Shown here piece after piece: positions 38,646 through 51,941 of a stretch of DNA of 64,000 bases. A model generated the notes under the pieces. The model was not told where the DNA came from and searched no databases. It saw nothing but the letters and a program-made list of their open reading frames with translations. Positions within the stretch are counted from its first letter, which is position 1. Each line of letters opens with the position of its first letter. The stretch is from Octopus sinensis (taxonomy: Eukaryota). The position numbers and the translations under genes are program-made. The stretch is taken from assembly GCF_006345805.1 (NCBI RefSeq), contig NC_043002.1, positions 14,322,001 through 14,386,000 of the forward strand. The letters run 5' to 3'.

Positions 38646-39703
38646 CTTGCGCGCCTCGGAGCTAAGACCAAAGTCCGTCAGATGCTGATCAGAGAGATCC
38701 TCTTTGCTGACGATGCCGCCCTAACATCACACAACCAGCCGGGTCTCCAGAGGCTTGTCAGCTCCCTGGCGGATGCCTGCCAAGAGTTCGGCCTTACCAT
38801 CGGCCTGAAAAAGACAGAGATCATGGGCCAGGACGTCGGAGGGGTCCCCAGCATCAGTGTCGGCGACCACAGCTTGCAGGTGGTGAACGAGTTCACTTAC
38901 CTGGGATCGACGGTCTCCAGCAGCCTGTCCCTCGAGCCGGAGCTGAACAGACGGATTGGGAAGGCTGCTGCTGCCATGGCTAAGCTCTCCAGGAGAGTGT
39001 GGGAAAACAACATGCTCACAATAACCACCAAGATCGCAGTGTACCGAGCCTGCGTGCTGAGCACCCTAATCTACGGCAGCGAGAGCTGGACAAAATACAC
39101 CCGGCAAGAATGCCGCCTCAGCGGCTTCCACATGCGGTGTCTTCGACGGATCCTTGGCATCTCCTGGAAGGACCGAGTACCAAACGGAGTCATCCTAGAA
39201 CATACTAATATGCCAAGCATGCATGCCCTCCTCGAGCGGAGACGACTGCGCTGGCTCGGACACTTCTGCCGCATGTAGGACGGTCGCATGCCTAAAGACA
39301 TCCTGCACAGTGAACTCACCACGGGATCCCGACCCAAGGGACGTCCACAGCTACGATACAGGGATGTGTGCAAGCGCGACCTGAGGGCCGCCAACATCTG
39401 TGTGGACACGTGGGAGGTAACAGCTGCTGACCGCTCTGCCTGGCGTCGGACAGTGAGGAAAGGCGTTTCCATGGGTGAGGAAAGGAGAGCACAGCTGTGG
39501 TCGGACAGGCGGGACAGGAGGAGGACAACTGCAGCAACACCCCACACGTACCCATCGATGTTCGTGTGCAGCAACTGTACCAGGACTGCCACTCCAGAAT
39601 TGGACTGTTCAGTCACAGCAGACGCTGCTCATCATCAAAGTAGGCCCCACCCTTGGCGCGACCCATTGTCTATTAAGACAGACGGGGGAAAGAAGAAGAA
39701 GAA
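38646..39703 (+). mobile_element. RTE-clade (BovB-like) LINE, 5'-truncated, pseudogenised
   Basis: IREILFADDAAL...FGLTIGLKKTE...FTYLGS...RRIGKAAAAM...LIYGSESW...RLRWLGH. In-frame TAG at 39276-39278. 1-bp deletion in the C-terminal CxxC...CHSRIGLFSHSRRC motif. (GAA)n tail within a TA tract. Confidence 0.95.
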
Positions 39704-39718
39704 TATATATATATATAT

Positions 39719-40085
39719 GGAGACGCAATGGCCCAGTGTTTAGGGCAGAGGACTCGCAGTCGGAGGATCGCGGTTTCGATTCCTACACGGGGCGTTATGT
39801 GTGTTTATTGAGCGAAAACACCTAAAAGCTCCACGAAGCTCCGGTACGGGGGTGGGGGTGGCGATCCCTGTTGTACTCTTTTGCCCCAACTTTCTCTCAC
39901 TCTTTCCTCCTGCATCTTACAGCTCACCTGTGACGGACCGGCATCTCATCCAGGTGGGAAACCTCTATGCAAATCGATTCAAGCCTTCCTTCAAGAACAA
40001 GATCCCACGACAGCAGTCCAACTGTGATGACAGAAGGATCAATCAAGTAAGTATATATAACGATACGGATCGCTGTTGTATCACC
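39719..40085 (+). mobile_element. SINE family C
   Basis: Head ggagacgcaatggcccagtgtttagggcag...ggtttcgattcc; body matches 20965-21303 in reverse. Confidence 0.85.
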
Positions 40086-40089
40086 TGAG

Positions 40090-40800
40090 CGATCTACCGT
40101 TTGAAAAGTTTTGCGAAGTGTTTAACTATGTCGCAGGCATTTTAAACAAATATTGACTGCACCATTAAGGATCTCGATTCTTACAAGGTAGAACATTTGA
40201 AGTACATGTAGTACCCCTCCATCGAGCATTTACTTAATTACACAATTTCCACCCATACTAATTCGCTTACGTCGCTTGGAGGATGTGAGTCTACGGTAGA
40301 GTGATTTACCCAGGACAGGATACGTTAGAATGACATCTTGAGTAAGCTCATTTAAATACGAAGAAGAATTCGCTAGACTTCAGTTCGAAGCTTTGTAGCA
40401 GAAGGTGTCAACAGGAAAGTCTGCTCGATCCAGAAAGCAAACGTCTGATATTCTTCTTAGCTGATGAAATCTAATATCTTTGGCAGACAATGAGAGATCT
40501 GCCTAAAGAAAACTGCATTATGATCTTGCAACTTACAGCGGCGATAAAATCTATTTTTATAAGAGCTGTTTTGGTGCTGATATTAAATAAGTGACGTATG
40601 TACAATATGCTGGCTTGGTAGAGATATTATTTTGAGGAAGAATTCCAGAATGGGTTTTGCAATTAGGACAATATTACTGTCATATCTCACTGAACTGCGG
40701 TATGGTTTCAGTGATAAATTTATGCTTCTGACCTTTGTGCATCCTGTGTTCGATGGAGGATATTCATCATTGCCTATACACAACAAAGACTTATTCTATT
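40090..40800 (-). mobile_element. Possible very old Penelope-like RT remnant
   Basis: Minus-strand KRISMGGNCVI...LDG resembles the Penelope GIPMGxNCxP..AD motif; many stops. Confidence 0.3.
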
Positions 40801-42042
40801 GAAACACAAATCTAATTTATGAGCAACGAAAATTATTTCTTCGGAAAATTCATGTTGGCAATAAAGTAATAAAGAATCTTCAACTCAGGAATTGACGAAA
40901 ATGTTGAAATATGGTGCTCTCTAGAGTATTATAGAGTGGAACTATCCAAGTGAAATTCCATTAGTTTATATTTGCAACAAATCTGCACAGAATGGAATTT
41001 TACAATATGTAACACGCTCTTTGAACATAAAGCCTTCCTCAAAGGAATTTGTATGCATCCAGGTTTCAAGAAATATTCATAGATTATGATCAAACTAGAA
41101 GGGAAGTTATGAATGATGACAGGAAATCCCGTGCATTTGACACGGATCATAATCTTCTACGAACTAATCTCAAATTCAAAGATCCAGAATTAGAAGGGAG
41201 AATTTTCAACTCTTAAAAACGATCAATACGCTAAAGTTAAAGTGAAACTATATTAGATAGGGGTTAGATCAAATCATTAATTATTTGGAGAACTATATGT
41301 AATGCGTTGTCTTACATGCGATGTTTATCAAGTTTGAAATGAAATACTGGGTGATGCAAATTTTAATAGCAAGGACAAAATTTCGCGGGAATATTTATTA
41401 TAAAGTATGGTCTACTTGTAAAGAAATGAAAGTAAACGCCTTTGTAAAATAAGAATTTTATTGGTCAATATAAAAAAGTTCTAAAGATACCGTGCCGCAT
41501 ACAATCCTTCAAATTAATAATTTGTGACGTCAGTACGTTTTATGTGTGTAAGGGTCTGATTTCCACTTCTGGATATTGCTTATTTAAAATAAGTTTGAAG
41601 AAAACTATTTTTCCATGTCACATTAGAAAGGTCGGAAATGTCTGTTAGATTTCTGGGGCGTACCACGCCCTACGCTGGAGAATATTCCTGATCGTATTCT
41701 TACAGCTAGTCATGTATTTTCAGCGGGTGACATACGCAACACCGAATATCATTTCACCATAATATAATGAAATTCAGATCTATCTTAACTTTCGATTCAT
41801 TCGGTGTCATTCTCTCAAAATTCTTGAAGAAAGATCAACATTTCAACATATGCTGTATTAACTAGTTGGAAGGATGTTGTCGCAATAATATATTAAGACA
41901 GCAAATAAAATTTTTTACCAAAGATCATGCACAGTAATAATTCCCACGAATGTCGTTTGTTTGAACGGTCTGCTCTAGGAAGACACAGATGAGTCATCTT
42001 CCTTAATAAGCATATCGGCAAGCAATATAACGCGTTATATAA

Positions 42043-42272
42043 GGCGACGAGCTGGCAGAATCGTTAGCACGCCGGGCGAAATGCATAGCCGTATTTCGTC
42101 TGCTGTTACGTTCTGAGTTCAAATTCCGCCGAAGTCGACTTTGCGTTTCATCCTTTCGGGGTCGATAAATAAAGTACCAGTTACGCACTGGGATCGATGT
42201 AATCGACTTAATCCCTTTATCTTTCTTTGTTTGTCCCCTCTATGTTTAGCCCCTTGTGGGCAATAAAGAAAT
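42043..42272 (+). mobile_element. SINE family B
   Basis: Complete head (ggcgacgagctggcagaatcgttagc) plus one unit with B-box gagttcaaattcc. Confidence 0.92.
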
Positions 42273-42942
42273 ATATATTTCGAGTGGCTGTTAGCTACTT
42301 CTTTTTCTCAAGAAAGCGAATAAAGAAATTAATCAAAGTACTAAATTATACGCAAAAGGTTGACTGATGCTCAACCTCTCTTATTAGAATGTTACAACAA
42401 TTGTGGACCACAATTCATCGTATCAAACAAGAATGCCTGTAATCACAGAAGAACACAGACTTATGATAGACATGAGAACAAGCTTGTAAGATGATGTTCT
42501 ATTAATTGAAGCATTATCTGGTGATGTTGGGTGAAAACACAAATGGGGAAATGAGAGATGAATTTGTTTCTCCATCGTACCTAATCTACTTTACGTAATA
42601 AATCATTCATGCAAACGGAAACCATAGCATTATCAACTTTCATTTCTCACTCACACTTGAACGATGCCAACCATTTTCCTGATTTAAGCTTCAACTGCCA
42701 CAAGTTAACAATTCATTTCGTTCTTCTATGAAGCGCTTGTTAAAGCTGTTTCAACTGTTCAAAGCAATAACAGGTTGATAATTCTCTATAATTATACTGC
42801 ATAAGTTTTAAACCAGCAACAGAAATGTTTGCTTATCTACTGCAATCTTGAGTTTCACGCTGCATCTCTACAATCTAGTAATCTGGAAAATCAAACTCTA
42901 ACACAAGAGATGAAATGTATTCTTTCTGGGTTCATACGTAGA

Positions 42943-43721
42943 GTTCTATATTTGAGAGATGAGGAATTATGTACATTATTTACAGTTGACGGATATTTCT
43001 CTTAATCTTGTTTGTTGCTAACACATTGTTTCGGCTAATATACTATCCAGCCTTCATTAAGTGTTCTGGGGAACTTTCGAACTTCGGTTCTCATTCCTTA
43101 GGTATGTTATTATTATATATTATTGAGTGAGAGAGTTACGCATTCCATCAAAGTGACACTGGGGTAAAATATACGAAGCCCAGTATACCCATCATGACTC
43201 CCTGTCTGATAAGGGTACACCATGCACCTGCATCACAACCAAATGTGCGCGACATGGTGACCTCATATCAAGATAAACAGGACATGACCTTGCAGATGGG
43301 ACCCAGTTAGAATTTTCTTCTGGAGGAGTAGCCCATCCCGCTCAAAAGGTTCCTGAATAAGGTTTGTTTAAAGATGTTCAACGAACCACCCATGTTTCCA
43401 AAGGTGAATTATCCAAACCCCAAGAATTCCTTTCATCACATAGCTATGATGCTCCCTCCACTACTTCTGCTCGTGGTCAGAGATGCACATATCGTCAGCC
43501 ACTAAGGGACATGGTCAACTGGTTAAGGTCAAACAACTGACAAGCAAATCTATTGTATTGAGCAGAATATTTGCTGTAGCACATCTTTTATACCAAGACA
43601 AAACAATGTACGTGATAACACTTCCATTCAATTATTATTATTATTATTCAGGTCACTGCCTGGAAATGAACTCGGAATGCTGGGGTTAGTAGCCCGCGCT
43701 CTTAACCACTAGGCTATATGC
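42943..43721 (-). mobile_element. tRNA-head + (TAA)n + hammerhead SINE-like element, interrupted at its (TAA)n by 43125-43628
   Basis: Head 43651-43721 (tagtggttaagagcg...gagttcatttcc); TAA tracts 43631-43648 and 43107-43124; HHR remnant 43021-43064. Homologous to 44061-44273. Confidence 0.7.
43125..43628 (-). mobile_element. Probable 3' UTR of a Dong-type LINE inserted into (TAA)n
   Basis: Terminus gagtgagag... matches the end of the Dong copy at 5525; TAA repeats on both sides. Confidence 0.55.
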
Positions 43722-44060
43722 TTGTGGGCAATTATGCAGTGAATTCTAGGTTTTATAAATCTAAAATTTCATATCCAACAGGATATTGGTAACAGGGGTT
43801 GTTCATTTACAATAAATTCCATGATTATTCAATTTTTTGGTACTAAATTAGTATCTGCTCTTTTTTATGTTAGTATCCAACCAACGTAGCTCCCAAAGAC
43901 TGCATATGTCTTCTCAGATATTACCAAATCTAAGATGAACGAATATACTTGAGACAGTTTCCTTCAATGTTAGTCATACTGCTCTGTTCACCATATCCTA
44001 GAGTTATAAATCAAATATTTCAGATTTATAAGGCCTAAAATTCATTCCAAAATTACCCAA

Positions 44061-44128
44061 GACGTAGTGGTTAAGAGCGCAGGTTACTAACCTCAAGATT
44101 CCGAGTACGATTCCAGGCAGTGACTTTA

Positions 44129-44163
<35 letters not shown>

Positions 44164-44273
44164 TAGCATCGAAAAAATACCCAAGTTCGAAATTTCCCCA
44201 GGGCACCTGATGAAACCTGGAGTATATATCATCCAAAGAGTTGTGATAACAACAAGCAAGATAAGGACAACTA
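44061..44273 (+). mobile_element. Second copy of the tRNA-head + (TAA)n + hammerhead element; split by the mariner and resuming at 45548-45570
   Basis: Head 44061-44125; (TAA)n 44129-44163; gcac-CTGATGA at 44203-44213. After the mariner, actgtcaaatgtaaat matches tccgtcaactgtaaat of the minus copy. Confidence 0.7.
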
Positions 44274-45545
44274 CGAGGGGCGTTCAATAAGTAATGCCCC
44301 TGACCTACTTCCCATAGTAGTAGAGCAACGAAACTTGGCACAGTTATTAGTCTTTTTCTCCATAGGAACCACCCAGAGTTACGCATTTCTCCCATCGTTT
44401 GAAGCAGCTCTGGAGACCGTTTTTGTAGAAGACCCCAGCTTGGTCCTCCAACCTCAACGTGACTTCAGAAATCAAGGCTGCATCATCTGGGAAACGCTTT
44501 CCTTTCAAATACAACTTCATGGCTGGGAAGAGGGCAAAATCAGAGGGTGCAAGGTCAGGAAAGTAGGGGGGTGGGGGAGGAGTTCATAGCCATACGCCTG
44601 TGCTTCTGATCTGGCGACAAGCGAGCTGTGGACCGGAGCGTTGTCCTGCAGGAGGAGGATGCCTTTGCTGATCTTGCCCCGCCTCTTGATTTTGATAACC
44701 TCTCTTAATTTCCTCAAAAGTGAAGCATAATAGGCTCCTGTAATTTTGGTACCCTTTGCCAGGAAATCTGTCATCACTACTCCGTCCTGGTCCCAGAAGA
44801 CTGTGAGCAGCGGAGGGCTGCACCCTTGCCTTCTTTGGAGGGGGTGCGTCACGGTGCTTCCACTGCATTGACTGGGCTTTGGTCTCTGGATCATCGTGAT
44901 GGACCCAGGTTTCATCCTGTGTAATCAGTCTTTTGAAAAATTTTGACTCATCTTCTTGGCACATCTCCAATTTCATCCTCGAGCACTCGACGCGTTCTTG
45001 CTTCTGGAAAGGCGTGAGCAACCTGGGAATCCATCTGGCAGATACCTTTTGCATATGCAAATGGTCATGAATGATAGTTTCCACAGACCCGGTACTAATC
45101 TTGACCTCATGGGCTATTTGGCGAATAATTATGCGTCGATCTTCCAAAATGGCAGCCTCAACTTGATGGACAGATGCCTCATCAATGGCAGAAGAGGGAC
45201 GACCAGATCTGGGAGCTGTTTCTACAGAGTTCCGACCATGTTTGAATTCACGATGCCAGCGTTTTACAAGGTCATATGATGGGGCATCATTACCATAAGT
45301 TACTTTCATTTCATCAAAAGTCTCCTGTGGTGTGCGTCCTTTCAAATACAAAAACCGGATCACTGCTCGACACTCAACAGGCTCCATTTCGCACTTGACT
45401 CAGTTCAAATACCTGTAAATCAGAAACCACAATTAGTTCAGAGCTGTAATGTTCCACTTAATCTATAGATATATAAATGATTGCACATGCAAAATTTCAA
45501 ACAACTGCAAGTTGGTCAGGGGCATTACTTATTGAACGTCCCTCG
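44274..45545 (-). mobile_element. Full-length mariner (DD34D) transposon
   Basis: TIR cgaggggcgttcaataagtaatgcccctgacc at both ends; TA TSDs at 44272-44273 and 45546-45547. Confidence 0.97.
44347..45387 (-). pseudogene. Mariner transposase pseudogene
   Basis: MEPVECRAVI...WIPRLL...ITQDETW...QDNAPVH...PDLAPSD (34 residues between the last two Asp). 11-bp deletion plus a 1-bp deletion in a C run. Confidence 0.93.
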
Positions 45546-46683
45546 TAACTGTCAAATGTAAATGATGGTAATAAGGTTAATACATGTTTAAAAGAAAGAA
45601 ATTGAAGTATCTTTACAAATGAATATTCAAGATATTTGCCCTGTGTTCGTAACGTGATAGATTCACTGATCTCAGATGCAACGAAGAATAACCAAATAAC
45701 AAATTTGTAAAAAAGATCTTCTAGGATATGGCGAAGTGCTGTCAAAGGAGCAAGACATTGTCTCAAGTATATTCGTTCATCTTAGATTTGGTGATACCTG
45801 AGAAGACATACAGTCTTTGGGAGCTAAGATGGTTGGAGAATAGTAAAACAAGGAAAAGCAGATATTAATTTGGTGTCAAAAAATTGAATAATCATGGCAT
45901 TTATTGTAAGTGGACAACTGTTACAATATCCAGTTGGATATGAAAGTGATGTGTTTAACAACAACTGGAAAAGGATTTTACTATAAATGAAACTACTTTG
46001 ACAAAACCACTGCGGATTATTGGCTTAAGAAATACTCTAAAAATTCAAATTGTCTTTTGAACAATTTGTTGGTCCCGGAAGCAAGAGACGATTGTGGATT
46101 CTAAATAGAAAACTAAAGATTCTTCAGTATTTCCTAGAATTTAAAGATGTTTCGACTTGTTTCGGACTCTGAAAGGGGAATGAAGATTTAAGTTGAATAT
46201 TTTACTTGCCTTCTGCCAATTTTCAGAACATGATGTAGTCTTTCATGTTATTCCCAACAAAGTATGTAGCAATATTTGGGCTGCGGACTTGCAATTGGTG
46301 GATTTACCAGGTCAGGCGATATAGCAGATCAATACTGGTCATAGGAAAGTATTGGGTTGTCCGTGATGCTTTGTGTTCTTAATCATAACATTTTATTTGA
46401 GGTTATTCCACTCCACTCAGTTTTGTATATGATTTTTGTAAGTGAGAAACTCCCAGGACGCACGCGGCGTCCCGTTCAAGATAAAATTCGGGTAACCGGC
46501 CTAATCAGTCCTAGTATCGCAGGCAACAGTATTCTGCGGGTGACTGTGGAGATGATGAAGGCGGTGTTAAAAAGAAGCATGATGAAGTACCTGCTTGCTA
46601 AATGAATAAAACTATTGGCGTATATTTGCCATTGTGTTGTAGCTACTGTTTATAACTCGCTCTGAGATTTATTATTAAAACTA

Positions 46684-47251
46684 TTGGGTTGTCTGGAAAG
46701 TTTGTGCCGATATATAGTAGGTTACCTTTCGACTTATTTTAGAATACGTTTGAGTCCATAAAGTAGGATTTGACTACACCTCAATTTAGAGCAAAGTTTA
46801 AGCTATCATTTCCTGGAAGAAGGTTTATGTTCCTACAACCTGTGTTAATTCTGTAACCCTTTAAAATGGAAGATAAGAAACGTCGTTTTCGGCACTTGAT
46901 GCCTTGGGAACCAGACAAAAATTGCTGCAGCTCGGCTGGGATGTCTTACCCCACCCTCCATATTCACCAGATATTGATCCTTCGGATTTCCACTTATTCA
47001 GGTCTCTGCAGAATAGTCTTAATGGTAAGAATTTCAATTCCCTGGATGACGTAAAAAGATACCTTGATGAATTCTTTGCCATGAGACCACCTCAATTCTG
47101 GGAAGAAGGTATTTTCAAGTTAAAGGAGGAAAGATGGTGACGCATTGTGCAACAAATTGGTTCATATTTGGTTGATTAAAAATGTAATGGCAAGTATTTA
47201 TTCACCTTTTCTTTCCATTAAAAATCGGCAAGAACTTTCCGGACAGCTCAA
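46684..47251 (+). mobile_element. Non-autonomous mariner deletion derivative
   Basis: TIRs ttgggttgtctggaaagtttgtgccgat / atcggcaagaactttccggacagctcaa; TA TSDs. N-terminus MEDKKRRFRHLM is fused to C-terminal RQKLLQLGWDVLPHPPYSPD. Confidence 0.9.
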
Positions 47252-47667
47252 TATAAACAACATCGCGATAGATCAATAAAATATAGATGATAGGGTTTTC
47301 CTTGTCGTAACCGGGAGATTGAAATAAATTCCTTAACCACAAATCCAGTTTGACAGCATACGCGTTTCACTTCACACAAGGTAAAGTATTTAGAATTCGT
47401 GTACATCACGCATTTGTATATGCATACATCTCCTAATTCCGGCAATCACAGACCCTACGGTCTGCTTCGACTTGAAGAAAACAGCCTTACAACTTTCGGT
47501 GCGTCTATATACCTCTACATAATCATACATGCAAGCACATACATACGCATGAAATATGCTGCCCCAAAAATGGCTCTCGTTTCAGTCCCACTAAATGTCA
47601 CATTGAGAAATAGCTACAGGCCCAGGCTGACAAGATCCTTGTGAAATAAGAAGGAATTTGTCGTGTG

Positions 47668-47715
<48 letters not shown>

Positions 47716-47739
47716 TATGTGTGTGTGTGGTGTGTGTGT

Positions 47740-48122
47740 GTGGTAAGTAGTTTGCTTACCAGCCACATGGTCCTGGGTTCACTCCCACTGCGTGGCACCT
47801 TGGGCAAGTATCTTCTACTAGAGCCTCGGGCCGAGCAAAGCCTTGTGAGTGGATTTGGTAGACAGAAACTAGAAGAAGCCCGCCGTATATGTATATATAT
47901 GTACATGTATGCGTGTATATGTTTGTGTGCCTGTGTTTGCCCTCCAACATCGCTTGACAACCGATGCTAGTGTGTTTATGTCCCCGTAACTTAGCGCTTC
48001 GGCAAAAGTGACCAATAGAATAAGTACTAGGTTTCCAAAGAATAAGCTTTCGGGTTCGATTTGGTCGACTAAAGACGGTTCTCCAGCATGGCAGCAGTCA
48101 AATGACTGATACAAATAACAGA
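47740..48122 (+). mobile_element. SINE family A (followed by a degenerate 3' fragment at about 48180-48315)
   Basis: Match to other copies. Confidence 0.88.
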
Positions 48123-49076
48123 GTGTAACATGTATGTATGTAAATATATGTACATATGTGTGTGTGTGTCTATGTGTGCCACAGCTTAACAACCAGCGTA
48201 GAAGGACCGGCGAAATATGACACCAGGCTTACTTACTGGGGTCAGTCTTTTCGACTTCACACTTCAATGCGATGCTCCAACATGGCGGTAGTCTAGTAAC
48301 AGAAACAAGTAAAAGTATGTATATTTATGTGTGTTTTCTCATTTCTCGTACATCACTTTTTCTCTATTTGTAAATATTGCTATCTCTCCTGCTGCTGCTG
48401 CAAAAACAAACAAACAAAGAAAAAAAAAAGCAAACAAAAACAAATAAGGAAAAACAAATATACATTTCACATCTTCAATACTTACGTTTAGCTTTCTATT
48501 ATAGCAAACAGATTCTTTTAACATTATTAATACCTTTATTATCAGAGTGTTCCTTTTTAACATTGTTATATCGTTCTTATCTTTTATCCTTGCTACATCT
48601 GAGATTGTTTAGAAATATTGATAGAAAAATGTAGCATAAAAAGCAAAATTAATGGCGAACAGCCTTTGTTTGTTGTAATAAAGCTACCGTTAACAAAGTA
48701 TTCTATTCGAAATGAACTGATAATAAGCAGTCTGCCGAAATGATAAGAGATAATATATAATTATACTATCAGTATTTTTTAAAGACAGTCGCCTTTATAT
48801 TACATAGAAAAGAAATAGCTATATGAGTGTTTTACTTTTGGTTGAATAGACAAGTACTTAACGTCTTAGATTCATTTTACTCGTGTTTGAATGTGGCATA
48901 ATGAAGATTTATACATCGGTTAAACACTATTAACTTGTTGGGACAATATTAGTTTCTCGAAATGTTACTTGCTGAAAGCAAACATATATACGTCTGGGCT
49001 TCGCAACCCTGAACGTATAGTAATAACTGAACATCCCTATTGTTTATAGCATATGCCTCTTTAAAGCAGTTTATTT

Positions 49077-49555
49077 GGATATTTTCGGTTTGACCGGCAG
49101 TTTTTTCTAGCGGCGTCATATGAAATTGTCACCCATAATTATGATCCTAGTATCTATCTATTGCATTTCAATCTGTTTTAGGGTTAGGGTTAGCGTTAGG
49201 CTTAGTTGGGGTTAGTTAGGGTTAGTTAGGGTTAGTGTTAGGGTAAGGGTTAGGGGTGGGGGGAAGGGTATCTTTTTTTTCTTCAGAAATGTAAATAAAC
49301 CCAATATGTTTCTTAAACGAGGGACATATTCAGACGGCACAGAATGTTTTCACCTCAATAGACGTCATTGATTGGTTGAAATTGCAGAAATTGAAGAAAA
49401 AACAACAACAAATATCTTACAAACTATAGAATTTTCTCAATAAAGCCAAGAGAAAAAGATGTATTATAAACACATTCTACCAGTATACGGAGTTTAAAAG
49501 TGTTTAGTTACGAGGAAATTATTTTAAAAAACTGCCTGTCAAACCGAGAAGAGCC
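49077..49555 (-). mobile_element. Telomeric-repeat MITE, inverted copy
   Basis: TIRs ggatattttcggtttgaccggcag / ctgcctgtcaaaccgagaagagcc; perfect TSD gtttattt (49069-49076, 49556-49563); degenerate (TTAGGG)n at about 49180-49255. Confidence 0.92.
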
Positions 49556-50219
49556 GTTTATTTTCGTTGTAGAACATTCACTGCTTATAGAAAAGTGGTT
49601 GGTTCATATTTTTCATCTCTCTATATAAATGCCAATCAACATAGCATCACCGCGTATGTAAAGTTACCATTATAACAACTGTGTGTGTTGCATAATTAAC
49701 GGCAATAGTTTTCACTTAGCATAATGGATTTTCAACAACGCATAACGTAAATTCAACAACGGATATGCTTGTTTCATAATTCCCAAAACGTCATGATGTC
49801 GGTGAAGTCGTTCGTAGTTCACGTGACATTATCCGATGTTGTAAAGTAATATTTTATTTCGTAGTGAAGTCAATATATGGTTGGCAAAATACTAGAGAGG
49901 AAGATTGTCTACGTGGTCACCAGAATTAAATATCTCCAATACACATTGAATTTATATGCCAGCGAATTATTTCATCTCGTTGCATAACAATACAAAGGGT
50001 CACATATACTGCTATACTCCAGAATTTTCTAGATCTCTTGTAGCATTAATTGCAAAATACCCCTGGAACATGTACGAATTGATAGTAATTTCCTCAAAAA
50101 CGGTGGTTGATGCTGTGTGTAGCTTTGTGTATTGGAGCGTTTAAGAGATGCAGGTGATCCATTATCTGATAGTTCTTTGTATTCTCCTCATGTTGATGCC
50201 TATAAGGAAGTAAATAAAG

Positions 50220-50770
<551 letters not shown>

Positions 50771-51941
50771 CTGTAAAGAAACTGACCACAGCGGAGAATG
50801 GAAAGCATTTAAGAAACCATTAATATGGCCGGAAGCGAAATGCTGCACCAAACAAGGTTTCCATCCATTCTACACACGTATAAATAACAACTAAATGCAT
50901 GAAATATGCTTACATCATTGTAAATTACTTACCCTTCTCAATCCTAAAGGGTGAAAGCTATTATAAACTAGTGAGTTTTTGTATGTAAGGAAGTTTATCT
51001 TTCAAATTATTTCTTCTGTATTGTTTTCTTACACAACAAATGGTTATAATAATCAGCATCAACGGTGATATATGCATAGAGTTGTTAACATTTACACAGC
51101 GTGGTATTCTTATGGGGATTTTGTAGTCATATTCACTAGAAAGGAGTTTGTCCGTCCATCAAGGTCCGACAATATTTCCTATCTAGCAGAATATTAATTA
51201 AAGCGAAGTTTGCATAAATAAAATATTTGATGTATTTCTATGATTACTTATACAGAAAGAGATTTCTGTATAATGTCCCCCTAACGTAGTTACTGTTTAG
51301 CAGTAAAGCTGTCAGAGAGGGAAATTATATCTCGGAATAAGAAAAGAATTATTGAAGCATAGTTTTCCAATGTATGATGAGGCAATTTTGTATAATAAAA
51401 CAAGGTAAACTTCAGCCAATCTTCTCTGCTTACGTCGCTTTATCATTGTTTATCTCAGCAGCATTTATTTGCCTACAGTATCTCGTCATCTATTATTTAG
51501 TTTTCAATCAGGACATCTGGATACGATAATTGTTCAGTACATTTATATCGTCCGCTCAGTGTCTGTGTATGTCTGTCTTTCTCTCTCCAAAGTTACATAG
51601 CGCATGCGTACACATATACCTACACACAATCATATATACATATATACGTACGAGGACATGTACAAATATATATATAAGCATACAGCTGCATAGCTAAAAT
51701 ATATAGTTCGTTATATAAATTATTATAGTGTTTAAAGTCTGGGATTTTATTTCTGTATCGTCTCAAAATTTCGTGTAAGAGCAAATGTAATGCAAATAGT
51801 CATGTTTATACCTGTTCCCATATTTATAACGTGGAGATGTAATTTTTGAATGAATATTGGCGTTCTACAAACCATCCATAGTACTAATGATATCCAGGCG
51901 GCTAGCTAGCAGAAACGTTAGCATGCCGGGCAAAATGCTTA

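Noticed and set aside
43651-44125. Functional tRNA genes at 43651-43721 and 44061-44125
   Set aside because: No closing acceptor stem, degenerate B boxes, and directly joined to repeat tails; these are SINE heads.
49180-49255. True telomere or chromosome-fusion scar (also 18545-18615)
   Set aside because: The short degenerate tracts lie inside TIR-bounded MITEs.
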